From Eledone cirrhosa (lineage: Eukaryota): DNA of 64,000 bases. Every line of letters starts with the position of its first letter. The stretch's first letter is position 1. Made by a program: the position numbers and the translations under genes. Below, one piece after another: positions 38,359 through 54,735 of this stretch. The notes beneath the pieces were generated by a model. It was not told the origin of the DNA. It searched no databases and saw only the letters and a program-made list of their open reading frames with translations. The stretch spans positions 54,002,001 through 54,066,000 of the forward strand of contig OZ024746.1 in the NCBI GenBank assembly GCA_964016885.1, in the 5' to 3' direction.

Positions 38359-38745
38359 AAGGTACGTGGCTTAATGGTTATAGAGGCGAATTTCTGATTG
38401 TAAAGTTCAATTCCTTGAGTTGGGTGAAATGTTCAGCAATAAATTTTATTACATCTTGTCCTAGTTCATTCAGCTGGAAATAAAATGAATTGTGATGACA
38501 CTGGTGTTAAGCTATATCGGATTTTGCATTTATTTGGACAACATCCTGTAAACTGTATGTAGTTCATATATAGTGTACATTTCAGTTGTGATGATACAAG
38601 TACCAATCTCTATCATCGATGGTGTGGAGAGGGGTAAGTGACATGCATGGTCAATTGCTGGTCTTCAACAAAACACCTTGCCCAGCCTTGCATTTTCAGG
38701 GGATCATTCCATGTGCAAACACAGGGTCAAATATGACCGAAGTTT
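38359..38745 (+). mobile_element. Degenerate tRNA-derived SINE
   Basis: head gaaggtacgtggcttaatggtta ... gttcaattcc resembles 20925 and 55949. Confidence 0.5.
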
Positions 38746-38900
38746 TTTCTTCCTACTCACTATGGGCTTTCACAAGCCTATGAAGCGACTGGTCACGGGC
38801 CTGGTTCATATTTGTCAGGTCCTCCACCATTGACCTTAACAAGTTCTTGGCAGGTCTGTATCACCTCTAACGCCCTTTTCTAGCTTCTGATCTCTCCCTC

Positions 38901-38934
<34 letters not shown>

Positions 38935-39049
38935 CGGGAGAGATATGTTCTCAGCGGATCTTTGTATGCATGCATACCACCTGCCTCCCCTTATTGTGAT
39001 GGCATCATGTATTTTATATTATCTATTTATTTAAGTTCTATCTCATCTT

Positions 39050-39270
39050 GAGATCTGCTCCGAGCCAGAGCTTCATTGTTATATGTGGAAAGGTCGGTGA
39101 AGAGTTGATAAACAGTAAGCCTTAATGAGACGTTCTTGATCAGTCTTTTAGTTATGATGGTTGTTTGGTTGAACGGTTTGTTAATGTAGTTTAAAGTGTC
39201 ATTTGGTTTTCTATACTCGTATACAGGCAGATAAAATTCAGTATTAGGGTTGATATAATAGATTTTCCTG
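39050..39270 (-). pseudogene. Penelope-like RT C-terminal (thumb) fragment
   Basis: YRKPNDTLNYINK...IITKRLIKNVSLRL...YNNEALARS matches the PLE YRKP.N...YI...SNHP motif region. Confidence 0.7.
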
Positions 39271-40183
39271 CCCCAAATAAATTGTTGGCCTTGTAACAAC
39301 ATTAAAACCATTATTTTATTCGTTTCAGTCATTAAAATGCCATCCTGAGTCAGTACCTTGATTCAGTCGGTCATATTGAGCTCAGTACTTGATGATTTGA
39401 TGATCTCCAACATGTTTCTATCTTTTTAGTTGAAATATAAACTTACGAGCTATAAGCAGACAGACACACACACATACACTCACAAACAAAGACACACAAA
39501 GACCCCCCCCCCATATATATACATATATATAGTTTCAAGGGTAAGGTATTGCCTAGACAAATGTATCCACGTTATGTGTGTTTGTACGAATTGTACAGGT
39601 GCAATGGTATAAGAAGATCTGAGAGAAAAGATGTTATAAGATCGATTCTTACCATTCATATACATACATACATATATATAGAGAGAGACAATATAATGTA
39701 CATACATACATACATATATATTTAGAGAGACAATATCTTGCCCTTGAATTTTTATGTTGATTTTATGAAAGATTTAAAAATTTATATTACTAGAGTTGAC
39801 TTTAGGTTCTATTAGTGACTACCTGTAACACTTTGATTAACCTATACTTTTGTCAGACAATACGATTCATTACTTTACAAATAAATCAATATTTTAATAC
39901 ATATATTTCTGCTCATAACAGTAAATTTTAGTAGAGCTGATTCTTTGTAAATTAAACGCATAGCTATTTCTAACATTCCCGTTGGCCTTTCTGTATATGA
40001 AAGGCTTTCTAACAGATTTCGTCTCCCAAAGGTTCTCTCACAAGGCATTGGTCAGCCGGGGTCTAGAATCTATAGAAAAACACAGTTGTTGAAGATGACA
40101 AGCAGATGAACTAAACCTGAAAGCAAATGGTTTCCACGCTCTCGGGTCAACAAAACTGTCATGACAGTGACTAATATATGCAT

Positions 40184-40219
<36 letters not shown>

Positions 40220-40541
40220 GATATATTTGTTGCTGACTATACGTTTGACGTGGAATATTCAAATGATGTTTCTATCCTTTTCGATCAATTCTCCAAGATT
40301 TGGTTAATTAGCAAAGTTGTTTTATATTAAAATTTTCCTAAAATATATACACTGACCGTTCGTTAGTGTATATATTTGGAAAAATGTACATTAGAAGCGT
40401 AATATGTATGAATATAAAAGTCGGGGCGGATTAATTTATGCAGATAAGATTTTCAATTTCAGATATGAACGAAAGTCTATATTTTTTCATATGTAGTGTA
40501 TGCCCACGTATAATATAACACAATACATATATGTATATGTA

Positions 40542-40619
<78 letters not shown>

Positions 40620-41032
40620 ATATGTATATGTGTATATATATATATACGCACACACATATATATATATATGTGTGTGTGTGGTGTGTGCATGTGTGTTAGT
40701 GACGTGTGTTACAACAGTTACACACATACATATACATATATGTGTAGTAAGTATGCATAGAATGTTGATACAAAAACACACGCACAGACATATAAGCGCA
40801 TATGTGTATTCGTGTCCGTGTGTATGTATGTGTCTCTTTCTCTCTCTCCACACACCACACTCATATATATGTATATAATCCACCTTACCAAAAATAGACC
40901 GCTCTTTCGAATGTAAAAAAAAGAAGCAACACTATAAAGAACCTTCTGTTATATATCAGCTGTGTGTTATCTTGACGGCGTGGCAAAAGTCATTGATGTA
41001 GACATGCATAGAAGAAGGCTCACCATTGTACA

Positions 41033-41153
41033 TTAGTAGTAGTAGCAGGAGCAGCAGTAGTAGTAGTAGTAGTAGTAGTAGTATCAGCCCCAGCAGTAGT
41101 AGTAGTAGTAGTAATGTTAGTAGTAATAGTAGTAGTAGTAATAGTAGTATTAA

Positions 41154-41227
<74 letters not shown>

Positions 41228-41269
41228 ATAGTATTAGTATTAGTAGTAGTATTAGTAGTAGTAGTCTTG

Positions 41270-41320
<51 letters not shown>

Positions 41321-41414
41321 CTAGTAGTAGTAGTAGTAGTAGTAATGTTAGTAGTAATAGTAGTAGTAGTAATAGTAGTAGTAATAGTAGTAGTAGTAGT
41401 AGTGGTAGTAGTAT

Positions 41415-41469
<55 letters not shown>

Positions 41470-41476
41470 GGTGGTG

Positions 41477-41531
<55 letters not shown>

Positions 41532-41576
41532 AAGTAGTAGTAATAGTAATAGTAGTGGTGGTGGCGGTAATAGTAG
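41033..41576. repeat. (AGT)n/(GGT)n compound microsatellite
   Basis: direct reading. Confidence 0.95.
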
Positions 41577-41773
41577 ACAAGAGGACGCAATAACTGACGG
41601 CAAGAAGTGGCCTTATCTGGAGAATTTATGGTCAACTTCAGAAGGGTACACATTGGTAGCACTTCTACCCTTTTAACCATATACAGACATTCAGGCATAC
41701 ATACTTGTCGGTGTATGTATATAGAGATTCACATACTCACATATACATACACATATCTGTGTATGTCTGCATG

Positions 41774-41847
<74 letters not shown>

Positions 41848-41943
41848 AATGAAGTATTTCTGTAGGAAAGGTAAAGAAAAAGAGAGTGCTCTATGTAGGC
41901 AACAGAGCTTTTAAGTTATGTAATAAACAACATAAGATAATTA

Positions 41944-42007
41944 ATTCATTTACCAGTGGTTTCTTGAAGACAGATATTTCTATCTGTCTTCAGTCGTCAG
42001 AACGAAT
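41944..42007 (-). ncRNA. Type I hammerhead ribozyme (long stem II)
   Basis: exact reverse complement of 42528-42591. Confidence 0.8.
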
Positions 42008-42527
42008 AAAATGGAATGTTTATTAAATATGGATTTGAAAACAAAATTTAGGAAATATGAAAGTGAGGCTGAAATCAAATAACGGGCAAATAAATATAAA
42101 TGAATATCCAGAACATAAACATACTCACTCAAACACATGCTTATACGTAATAGTACGTAAATGTATACATTCTCACATAAGTGTATGTGCGTCTACAGGG
42201 AAATATGAACACACACATATAAACGTGTGATCTTTAGCTCACACAAACGCACACGCAGGTGCGCACTCACACATGTACTCAATAATAACGTAAAACCTAT
42301 ATATACACACGTTTATATGTGTGTGTTCGTATTTCAATGTGGACGCATATACACTTATGTGAGAATGTATACATTTACGTACTATTACGTATAAGCATGT
42401 GTTTGAGTGAGTATGTTTATGTTCTGGATATTTATTTATATTTATTTGCCCGTTATTTGATTTCAGCCTCACTTTCATATTTCCTAAATTTTGTTTTCAA
42501 ATCCATATTTAATAAACATTCCATTTT

Positions 42528-42591
42528 ATTCGTTCTGACGACTGAAGACAGATAGAAATATCTGTCTTCAAGAAACCACTGGTAAATGAAT
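42528..42591 (+). ncRNA. Type I hammerhead ribozyme (long stem II)
   Basis: ATTCGTT CTGACGA C TGAAGACAGATA GAAA TATCTGTCTTCA A GAAA CCACTGG TA AATGAAT. Confidence 0.8.
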
Positions 42592-42609
42592 TAATTATCT
42601 TATGTTGTT

Positions 42610-42655
<46 letters not shown>

Positions 42656-42656
42656 G

Positions 42657-42754
<98 letters not shown>

Positions 42755-42852
42755 TATATAAATATATATATTTGATATACATATACCTTCACACAGACAT
42801 ACATACATACATACGGACATACATACAGACAGACAGACACATATATACATAC

Positions 42853-42903
<51 letters not shown>

Positions 42904-42911
42904 GAGAAACT

Positions 42912-43231
42912 GTGAGAGAGAAACTGTGTCTGAGAGGGATAGAATGTAGTGTACGGGAGAGGAGACTGAGGTGGTATGGACATGTGATGCGCATGGAGGG
43001 TGACCGATGGGTGAAGAAGTGCCAGGAAATGCCAGTTGAAGGAAGACGTGGTAGAGGTAGACCACGAAAAACATGGGCGGAGGTGGTGAGAACAGACCTC
43101 AGATCATTGAAGCTCACGGTGGAGATGACGAGGGACCGTGACGAGTGGAGAGATGCTGTGCTGAATAAGACCCGTCCCACCCTTGCAAGCAGGGAAAAGC
43201 GGACGTAAAATGATGATGATGATGATGATGA

Positions 43232-43234
<3 letters not shown>
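42912..43234 (+). mobile_element. RTE-clade LINE 3' fragment with (GAT)n tail
   Basis: [19 protein letters not shown]...[12 protein letters not shown]. Confidence 0.85.
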
Positions 43235-43283
<49 letters not shown>

Positions 43284-43326
43284 GTATGAAGTTGGCGGAA
43301 GAGAGAAAAAAGTCCTGAATATCTGA

Positions 43327-43811
<485 letters not shown>

Positions 43812-43853
43812 TTCAAAATATTAACAAAAATAGACATTCGTGTGATCAAGTAT

Positions 43854-43918
43854 ATTTTATTATACATATTTCAGAGGTACTGAGCTAACTTCAACAGTAC
43901 GTCCTCATCAGATAAAAT
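43854..43918 (-). ncRNA. Type I hammerhead ribozyme
   Basis: ATTTTAT CTGATGA GGACGTACTG..CAGTACCTCT GAAA TATGTA TA ATAAAAT. Confidence 0.72.
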
Positions 43919-44992
43919 AAGATGATATACCCTGACATAGTAGATGTATAAGATTCAGTCATGGTAGTGAATAAGATATGATAAAACTCAATATTTATAT
44001 ACCTTAAGATTGAGACATGAACAAATTTACATATAATACAGAGGGTGCGTGTGAGAAAGCTTAAACATACATAATAGCAATTTACATAACTGTTAGAATA
44101 ATTTAAATTATTGAAGAAAGAAGAAAGGCAGAGAGAAACAGATGAGGAGAAAATATAGTTACTAGAAGTATAGAAAGCAAAAGAGAATTGATCAAGGATA
44201 GAGAGACAAGGAGTAATAATTTTTATAGTATAAAGCATAGGGAGGGAGGTTTGTATTGTCGTGGATGAATAGGGTGTGATTAGATAATGCAAAAATTATA
44301 TATATCTATACAAACACATGAATATACATTCAGGCATATCTTTGTGAAGGAGTAAACTCGAATTTTTGAATTATTGAATTATCTAGAGGTATCCATCAAT
44401 CTAAATATTAAATATATCTGGGTGTAAATTTCGAGTCTTTAGTTAATTAGAAATATACTAACAATTAATTATATACACTATATATATCCAAACGTATCCG
44501 GCTGAACGTTAAATTTCAAATCATTTATTTATGTTAGTTCAGAATAATGAATTAATCAAAATGTATAATATTTCAGGCTATAAAGTTTTATAAATATCTA
44601 TATTAATATTAAAGTATACTATGATATTTAATTTATAAAATCCTATTCGAAGTATTTGCAAACATGAGAAGGAAGACTTAATATTTTCATCTTCACGAAG
44701 GTAATCCATATTAAATTATATTATCCTATATTATATTAAATTTTCTTTTTATATTGAAATAATAGACATTATATAATTTAGAAAATAGTTACAGTTATAA
44801 CTTTTAAAATTTAAAATTAACAATTAGAATGCCTTAAAGTATCTAAAGGCCTTATAATTAAACTTTAAAAAGGGTATTATTAAATTAGATATATACATTT
44901 GTCTAAAAATATACAAATAGCATATTGTCTAAAGTTCAAGACGATATTAGTCAGTTATACATAGCATAATATAATATAATATAATAAATAAG

Positions 44993-45040
44993 TTTTATCT
45001 GATGAGGACGTACTGTACCTCTGAAATATGTATAATAAAA
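44993..45040 (+). ncRNA. Type I hammerhead ribozyme (loop II deleted relative to its partner)
   Basis: TTTTAT CTGATGA GGACGTACTGTACCTCT GAAA TATGTA TA ATAAAA; inside inverted repeat 43806-43918 / 44993-45090. Confidence 0.68.
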
Positions 45041-45180
45041 TATACTTGATTACACGAATGTCTATTTCTGTTAATAATTTGAATTAATATTAATAACTCC
45101 GGAAAACCATATCAGTTGAGTGCTTCCAATCTATTAGAAAACTCATTTTTTGATTTATTCATTGAACCTTGTTTAACGTT

Positions 45181-45247
<67 letters not shown>

Positions 45248-45329
45248 GCTAAACAGAAATAACAACACAATCGGTACAGTATATGGAAGGGATATATTAG
45301 GTTAACGCTTGATATAGCAGGAAGAGTGT

Positions 45330-45362
45330 TTTAACGTTTCGGACGCTAGTCCTTCATCAGAA
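45330..45362 (-). ncRNA. Minimal PLE-type HHR motif
   Basis: TT CTGATGA A GGAC TAGC GTCC GAAA CGT TA AA; stem I weak. Confidence 0.6.
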
Positions 45363-45448
45363 GAAAGAATGAGAAATGAGATAGATTGAGGGGACGGGCG
45401 GGTTGAAATTGTTGGAAAAAATGTCTTTAGATAAAAATAACAGGTCCG

Positions 45449-45499
<51 letters not shown>

Positions 45500-46351
45500 C
45501 AACTAGAAATTGATTAACATATAAATAAACATATGAAACAATCACAGGGGATAATTTTTACAAGTGTGTAAGCACACATAGCTAGGTAGGTAACTAAATA
45601 AAGTTAACTAGAACTTCAAAAATATGATTAATCTTCCCTGTATATATTCCATTAAAGAAATATATTTCACCAATTAATCGAATGGTAAACCACGGAGGCC
45701 GATACTTGGACTTTCAACAAGGAAGAAGTCCAGCGATCGGTCGGTTTTCTTGGTGTCACAATTTATAACCACTGTGTTTAACTCGGGACTTAATGTTTGT
45801 TTTTAACTTTCGATCCATTGAGTGCTCTGTGATTGCCTCATAACAAATCGAATTACACATGCTGCACTGCAGCTGAAGTTCGATTTACAAATATCTATAT
45901 ATATATATAAAACAGAAATTGTCTGTGTGTGTGTGTGTCCTAATTTTTTCAAAGTCTATACAAATCCACATTTCTACTCCGATTGACTTCAAACTTGCAT
46001 TTATATATTCCTTGCGGTCTAAAGATATTAACTGCAGCTTCTATTTTTCAAATTTCTGCTGTTAAAGGAGTGTTAGCCGCCGGTTAGCGATCTCTCTCTC
46101 TCTTTCTCAGTCTGTCCTTTTAGATAGATGCATAGCTATAACGTCGCGCCCTTATAATATATGCCTGTATGTCTGCCTGGCTGCATTACGACATTATGAA
46201 AACATTGTTCTCATTGCTGACGTATTATCTTCGGTATTTTCCGTTCATTGCCAGGGAACGTCTTCACGAACCAAAGTATCGTCTTCCTGTTTTCCTTCGG
46301 TTGCAACGTTTATCGAAATATTTACTTCTGCGTTCACAGCTTGACTTTTTT

Positions 46352-46402
46352 AGTTTCAGAAGATCCCGTTAAGGGTGAAAGCAGCGATTCTTAGCTTAAA
46401 CT
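46352..46402 (+). ncRNA. HHR variant with CAGAAGA core
   Basis: AGTTT CAGAAGA T CCC GTTAA GGG T GAAA GC..GC TT AAACT. Confidence 0.55.
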
Positions 46403-46688
46403 TTAATCTGTTATTTTAATATATATATATATATATATATAATTATATATTCGTGTACAGATATTTTTGCATACACAAAAACAAAATATAAACAAACGTA
46501 TTTATTTCACGGAAGCACAGAGGGCTTATTGTCATTGTTACTGCCGATATGCGACCCAAAAGTCCCACTACCTTTGGCACAAGGCCAGCAATTACATAGT
46601 CAACGGTTCGGAAATCACATGCATCACTGATGAATTTACTCCTTACTCTACCAGTTAGTCTTAGTGTATTTCGTCCTGCTTTTAGGTC

Positions 46689-47075
46689 ATGCCTCGAAGG
46701 AAGAGATACTCCATTGGCCTAAATACTACGAAAGCGGCAAGAAAAAGAACAAGGCGGGCAAACGAATCGTCAGTGGAATCTGCTATTCGACGGTCGCAAG
46801 ATGCTGTACGTACTGCCACCAGAAGAGCACTTGAAACATACAACCAATGAACCATTCGCCGAACCGTGTCAGCTTTGCAATGTCTATCAACACATCCCAG
46901 GATCAGACCCTAGCTGTTGCTGGTCTTCTTTTGGAAGAGTCATGTTTTTTCACACGGGAAAATATGCATTGGCTGCTCAAGAGTGGGAAGCAAGACAAAT
47001 CTGTTTGCATATGCCCGACCTTGAAAGAACAAGGAACATTATGTACAAGGAGGTGCTACAATCATTGTTTAGGTA
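46689..47075 (+). pseudogene. Helitron RepHel remnant: N-terminus joined to helicase motifs V-VI and C-terminus
   Basis: MPRRKRYSIG...RRANESS..., then PNRVSFAMSINTSQDQTL..AGLLL and TRNIMYKEVL. Confidence 0.75.
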
Positions 47076-47714
47076 GACGAGGCAGAAGGGGATATACACG
47101 ATTGGTTGAAGAAAGACGAGACTGTGTTAGTAGTACGACCAACGGCTGCTATCACACCAACAGTAGCAAAAACCACAACAAAAAAGAGAGGGAACGTAAT
47201 TACACGCTTTTGAAAAATCTTAATGGAAAATTATTTGCCTAAGCACAAAATGTAGTCACCATCCTTAGGCCGAGGTATTCCGTACTTCTCTGTACTGTTT
47301 CAGAAAGGAGGGATAAACATGCCAATCTATGTTTAGAAGCCCGAGCTACGCCGGGCCATTCTGTTAGTTATACATATATTTATACATATATATATATACA
47401 CCATATAAAGTGTGTGTATGTGAAATGTACTTGTTTCGATTTTCTCACGTCTTATTAATAGTGATTGACTAATATTATGGTCACTTGAAATGGGCGTACA
47501 CATTTCATATTCCAACATTTCCCAATGATTTCTAAGTCAACTGCTTTGTTTAAACGTATAAATATAGGCTTACAATCTTATTAAAAGACGGACCTGGTGA
47601 CCACACCCATTATATTTACCACATGCCCTTCGTCATGTAGAAAATGGTGTGTGTGTGTATGGATCTGTAACTCCTTGTGGTGATTAGGGTCACCGTAGTG
47701 ATATACGATGCTTT

Positions 47715-47915
47715 TTTTTTTTGCATTTGGAACCTAGCGAGGATGTTGGAAAGAGAGAGATGTAGAGAAAAGTCGATTCCACTACTGGCCTGGTTATCGA
47801 CTTCGTAGGGATGAAAGGCAAAGTTGATCTTGGTAAAATTGTAACTCGGAGATCAAAGAACTGGAACGTATACCGCAAAGCAATTTATCTAAAGTACTAA
47901 CGATTGTGCGTACCC
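47715..47915 (-). mobile_element. Degenerate tRNA-derived SINE (Meta/MESC-like)
   Basis: ttatcgacttcgtagggatgaaaggcaaagttga is the reverse complement of the core. Confidence 0.6.
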
Positions 47916-47921
47916 ACACCC

Positions 47922-47982
<61 letters not shown>

Positions 47983-48089
47983 ATAATAATAAATGTGAAG
48001 ACTAAAATACAAAGAGGGCTCTATATGGATAAATATATATCAAATATATAAGAACCCTAGAACAAATATTTATTAAAATAACAGATTGA

Positions 48090-48139
48090 AGTTTAAGCAA
48101 AAAATCGCTGCATTCACCCTTATCGGATCTTCTGAAACT
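48090..48139 (-). ncRNA. HHR variant with CAGAAGA core, decayed (GAAT)
   Basis: homologous to 46352-46402 and 54873-54923. Confidence 0.4.
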
Positions 48140-48206
48140 CAGAAAATACCGTTATAAATCTGTTATTTTAATATATATATATATATATATAGTTTTAATA
48201 TAGATG

Positions 48207-48257
48207 AGATTCTACAGGACTAGAACTGTTTCATTCATTAGAAATCATCAGGAATCT
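48207..48257 (-). ncRNA. Type I hammerhead ribozyme (inverted pLTR copy)
   Basis: reverse complement of 51785-51835. Confidence 0.82.
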
Positions 48258-48338
48258 GGGTATCAAAAAATAAATATGGTATTTATAGGTCTCTACAAGT
48301 GGTAGGAGAGGGTGGGGAGTTGGATGGGTGCAGGTCAT

Positions 48339-48884
48339 TACTCCACCACACCTAACCTAGCTAGGAATATAGCCAACCACAACTCTAAACTAAATAAGCC
48401 AACCACCTCCGAAACCAATCCCCGGACTGGGGCTCTATGTAATTGCCTAAATAAGGAAGCATGCCCACTAGAAAACAAATGCCTCACAAATGACATCGTA
48501 TACAAATGCGATGTCATCTCGGGCACCGAGGATTGCAAAAAAACTTACATCGGCATGACCTCCAACACCTTTAAGACCCGCTGGTATGCCCATACCCACT
48601 CCTTCAGAAAACCGGATAAATCAAATCAAACAACACTCGCCTCCTACGTTTGGGACCTCAAAAGGAACTCCACCCCCTTCACGCTTAATTGGAAAATACT
48701 CCAGAAAGCGCGCTCTTACAACAGAGGACACAAGGGCTGCGACCTTTGTATTTCAGAGAGCTACGAAATTTTATTCGCCAAGGGCCCGCTACTGAACAAA
48801 CTCTCTGAACACTGCCCGAACTGCATGCACAAGAACTTTGCAACATTCAAACACTTTAAGCCAGTGTTAAAGCCCGATGGCTAA
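48339..48884 (+). pseudogene. PLE GIY-YIG endonuclease domain (5'-truncated ORF)
   Basis: CNC...CPL...C, IVYKC..TYIGMT..FKTRW..H..SF, W.IL, CDLCISE, LLNK..E..C.HK. Confidence 0.9.
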
Positions 48885-49064
48885 AAACGACCTCCCCCTA
48901 CTGGCCCCTATACCTCCTCCCCACCCTACCCCCACCCCTCCTCAACCTGAAATACGGCCACTATGGTCATGTGAGTACCTCTTTCGTATCTACATTTTCT
49001 GCCTGTAGAGGTGTCTTTATGTGCCTGTGTATATGCGTATATTTATTGAGTACCTATTTACTTG

Positions 49065-51330
<2,266 letters not shown>

Positions 51331-51784
51331 GTTGATTTTGGCATATTGTTGATTAGTTTAAGAGAAGTTTGAAGATAATAGTAAGATATGCACTCAGTAT
51401 TTTGAATCTGTCTGCAGAATTCCCTAGACCTTTGTCACTTAGTAGAACCTTAATGACTTTAGCTTTTAAAGAATCTCCCTCTTCTTTAATTCTATCGAGC
51501 TTGACTGACCCCCCACTGATTTTATAGACATCTGTTAGCTTAAGAGAAACTTATTGACAAGGAATGGTATGCCATCCGGAACCTGTTTATAGAATTCTGT
51601 CTGCCTTTGTTACTCTAAAAACATAAATAAATATAAATAAAAATAAAAATTAACTATAGCTTTGTAGAATTAGCTTTTAATGAATTCCCTTTTCTATCAA
51701 CCAATGACCTGCACCCATCCAACTCCCCACCCTCTCCTACCACTTGTAGAGACCTATAAATACCATATTTATTTTTTGATACCC

Positions 51785-51835
51785 AGATTCCTGATGATTT
51801 CTAATGAATGAAACAGTTCTAGTCCTGTAGAATCT
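51785..51835 (+). ncRNA. Type I hammerhead ribozyme, predicted cleavage after 51829
   Basis: AGATTC CTGATGA T TTC TAAT GAA T GAAA CAG TTCTAGTC CTG TA GAATCT. Confidence 0.85.
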
Positions 51836-51917
51836 CATCTATATTAAAACTGTTATACTCTGCTATGTATTGAGTACCTTACTTACTGTGGTTACCTCCG
51901 ATTCAACCCGGAATAAC

Positions 51918-51962
<45 letters not shown>

Positions 51963-51965
<3 letters not shown>

Positions 51966-52350
51966 CGGGTAAAATTCCCGAGATCTATCGAAGAGTTCTC
52001 TCCAGCGGTCTCTGTCCCTCATTATGGCTGCCATGTCCTGCGTCTCCAACAGACCAGTGTCTATCCTTAGGGCATCAACATGCGTTAACCTTGGTATTCC
52101 TCTTCCAGTGTCTCCATGCAGGGGCTCCCACAGGAGCACTGAATGCAGTGTCAACTCTGGATATCGATGAGCATGTCCAGCTAACCTCATTCTCCTCTGT
52201 GTCACTTTTGAGCTGACTTTTGGGAGGCTCCCATACAGCTCTGAGATTTTCATCCTCAGTGTATACTGATTAATGTTCAGAGCCATCCTCAGCATTCTCG
52301 TGTAGCACCCATCCACCATCTGAGTGAGTTTCTTGGTCAGTGTCCAAGTC
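51963..52350 (-). mobile_element. RTE-like LINE 3' fragment
   Basis: ETWTLTKK...DGCYTRMLRMALNI...RRMRLAGH...LWEP.HG..GRG.PRLT..D. Confidence 0.8.
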
Positions 52351-52378
52351 TCTCTCTCTCTCCCTCTCTCTCTCTCTC

Positions 52379-52468
<90 letters not shown>

Positions 52469-52728
52469 TGAGTGTGTATGTATATATATATGTGTGTGTG
52501 GTGTATGTATATATATAGTGTGGTAGAAGTTTGGTAGAAATATGCAAGCGTAAGTGCAGTCAGTCCATAGGAGGATTTAAGTATAATTAGTTACAACACT
52601 TACATAAACATTATAAAATAAAAATGGCTACCTCCACATATCTCTCTATCTGTGTATGTATCCACGAATCTCTTTCTCTCTCTCTGTCTCTCCCTCCCTA
52701 TCTCTCTTTCTCTTTATATATATACAGA

Positions 52729-52775
<47 letters not shown>

Positions 52776-52890
52776 CCACACTCCAATCACACACATGTTT
52801 ACGAACACGAACTGCATTAATTGACCTCCACATTTCTCATATTTGATAAAGGATCACGCCAACCACTGCAGAATTCCTAAGTTCATGTTC

Positions 52891-52951
52891 AATGAAGAGC
52901 ATTAGGCATATCTCATAGAATCTCTATGAGATATGCCTAATGCTCTTCATT
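52891..52951. repeat. Perfect hairpin, 29-bp arms, 3-nt loop
   Basis: aatgaagagcattaggcatatctcataga atc tctatgagatatgcctaatgctcttcatt. Confidence 0.92.
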
Positions 52952-53321
52952 CTACTATGACTGCAAAGGTTGTTGATCCTCGTGATATTATGTAAGAACC
53001 TGTATTATGTTATGTTTCAAGCATATTAAGAAAGTTAGTTATATTGTTAAATTTTTTCAAATTCTTGATTATTTTCTAAATTATCACAGGGCAATGTTTT
53101 TCATGAGAAATATGGTAATGAAACATTTACAATTTTTTTTTTTTTTAAGATGAAGTTGACAGCTCTGTCTTCCAGAACAAACTAATTAATTAGAAGAAAA
53201 AAAATTAAAGAATAAAAGGCTTTATTGATTTCACATAAATTTTAACTTAGTTTGCATAAAAGGCCATACGGACAAAGGAAGAATCCCGGAATAAAGGAAG
53301 TTTTATATATAGTTGATCTGA

Positions 53322-53500
53322 AAAGGCGGCAAATTGGCAGTGCCAATCGCACAACAGATTAAGTCTCGGCATTTTTTAGGGGTTCTGTGCTCTGAATTCA
53401 AATCCCGTCAAGGTCAACTCTGTTTTTTACTGTTTCAGGGATTAATTAACAAACAAACTACCAATCCAGTGGTGTAAAGGCGGTAGATTGGCAGAGTTTA
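53322..53500 (+). mobile_element. Degenerate tRNA-derived SINE(s)
   Basis: aaggcggcaaattggcag ... gaattcaaatcccg ... ggtcaact, with a second head near 53478. Confidence 0.5.
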
Positions 53501-53863
53501 AGAAACGGAATTGAGGCTTTGCGTTATATATTCCGGCAATGTGTATTCTCGACCTAATGATTGCGAAGTTATCACTAAAAACATTCGGTGACGATGCGTC
53601 CACTCTATAAATAAAGTTAATAAAACAAAAGTAATTTGATCAGATATAATACCGAAGACTGCGTATTTGGATAATGTGTAGAAAAAAAAAGCTGCTAGTA
53701 TGAGAAGGTAATTCAACTAGGAAATTTGATATTTAAAACTAGGGTGTTAAATTGCTAAAGTAAAAAGTTGTATTTAAGTTCAGTTAAAGTGTAGGCTTGT
53801 ATATTTACATTTGTGCACTTGTATCAATGTGTACACATATGTAAAATAAATACATACACGCAC

Positions 53864-53958
<95 letters not shown>

Positions 53959-54164
53959 CGTACACACACAGAGCATACATGCATACTTAAACATATTGTA
54001 GTGTCAAAATACCTTTAATTTTTATGATACCTTCCCTAGTTTTTAGTTTTTCCTTCACTGTATATGTATATATGCCAGTATGTATTATACATGTATGTGT
54101 GCGTGTGCGTGCGTGTGTGTGTGTATGCGTGTCAGTGAATGAGTGTGAGTGCGCTAGAGCATGT

Positions 54165-54500
54165 ATTTGTCAGTGGATTGAACCTCCGTCGGTTCCGACA
54201 ACGCGTGTTCCAGTTGTTCAAACAACGGACTAGCCTGAATGTAGAATTAACATGCAAGTTACTGAGCATCCACAGACATATGCATCTTTAGTGTATTTCC
54301 CAGGAAGATTAAAAGGGACCAAACGAAATATAAGGATGTCCCTTTGGATTGGAGGGACAATTCATTTCTTTTGTGATCTTAATGGACTGGGAAAAGATGA
54401 AATAAAACATCTCGGTCAAGGACTCAACACGGTACCTTGAATCGAACTCCCGACGTTACGAATCTGAGCCAAACACTCTAAATATCAAACCAGCAGCCGT
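54165..54500 (-). mobile_element. Degenerate tRNA/CORE-like SINE
   Basis: minus strand gagttcgattc ... gagtccttgaccgagatgttttatttc. Confidence 0.5.
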
Positions 54501-54503
54501 CAT

Positions 54504-54622
<119 letters not shown>

Positions 54623-54735
54623 TGTATGTTATATATATATATATATATAGTAATAATAATAAATTTGAAGACTAAAATCCAAAGAGGGCTCGATCAGGAT
54701 AAATATATATCAAATATATAAGAACCGTAGAGCAA

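Larger units (their letters stand above)
41921..42613. mobile_element. ~300-bp inverted repeat pair (PLE pLTR-like), each arm with an HHR
   Basis: 41921-42226 is near-perfectly complementary to 42307-42613. Confidence 0.85.
45894..47367 (+). mobile_element. Non-autonomous (internally deleted) Helitron
   Basis: A|TCTATATATAT 5' end; 3' hairpin GCCCG..CGGGC then TTAG|T; RepHel N-terminal and Pif1 C-terminal remnants. Confidence 0.78.

Noticed and set aside
40956-41698. Poly-T/S/L/V ORFs resembling mucin
   Set aside because: Pure (AGT)n microsatellite; no splice or domain evidence.
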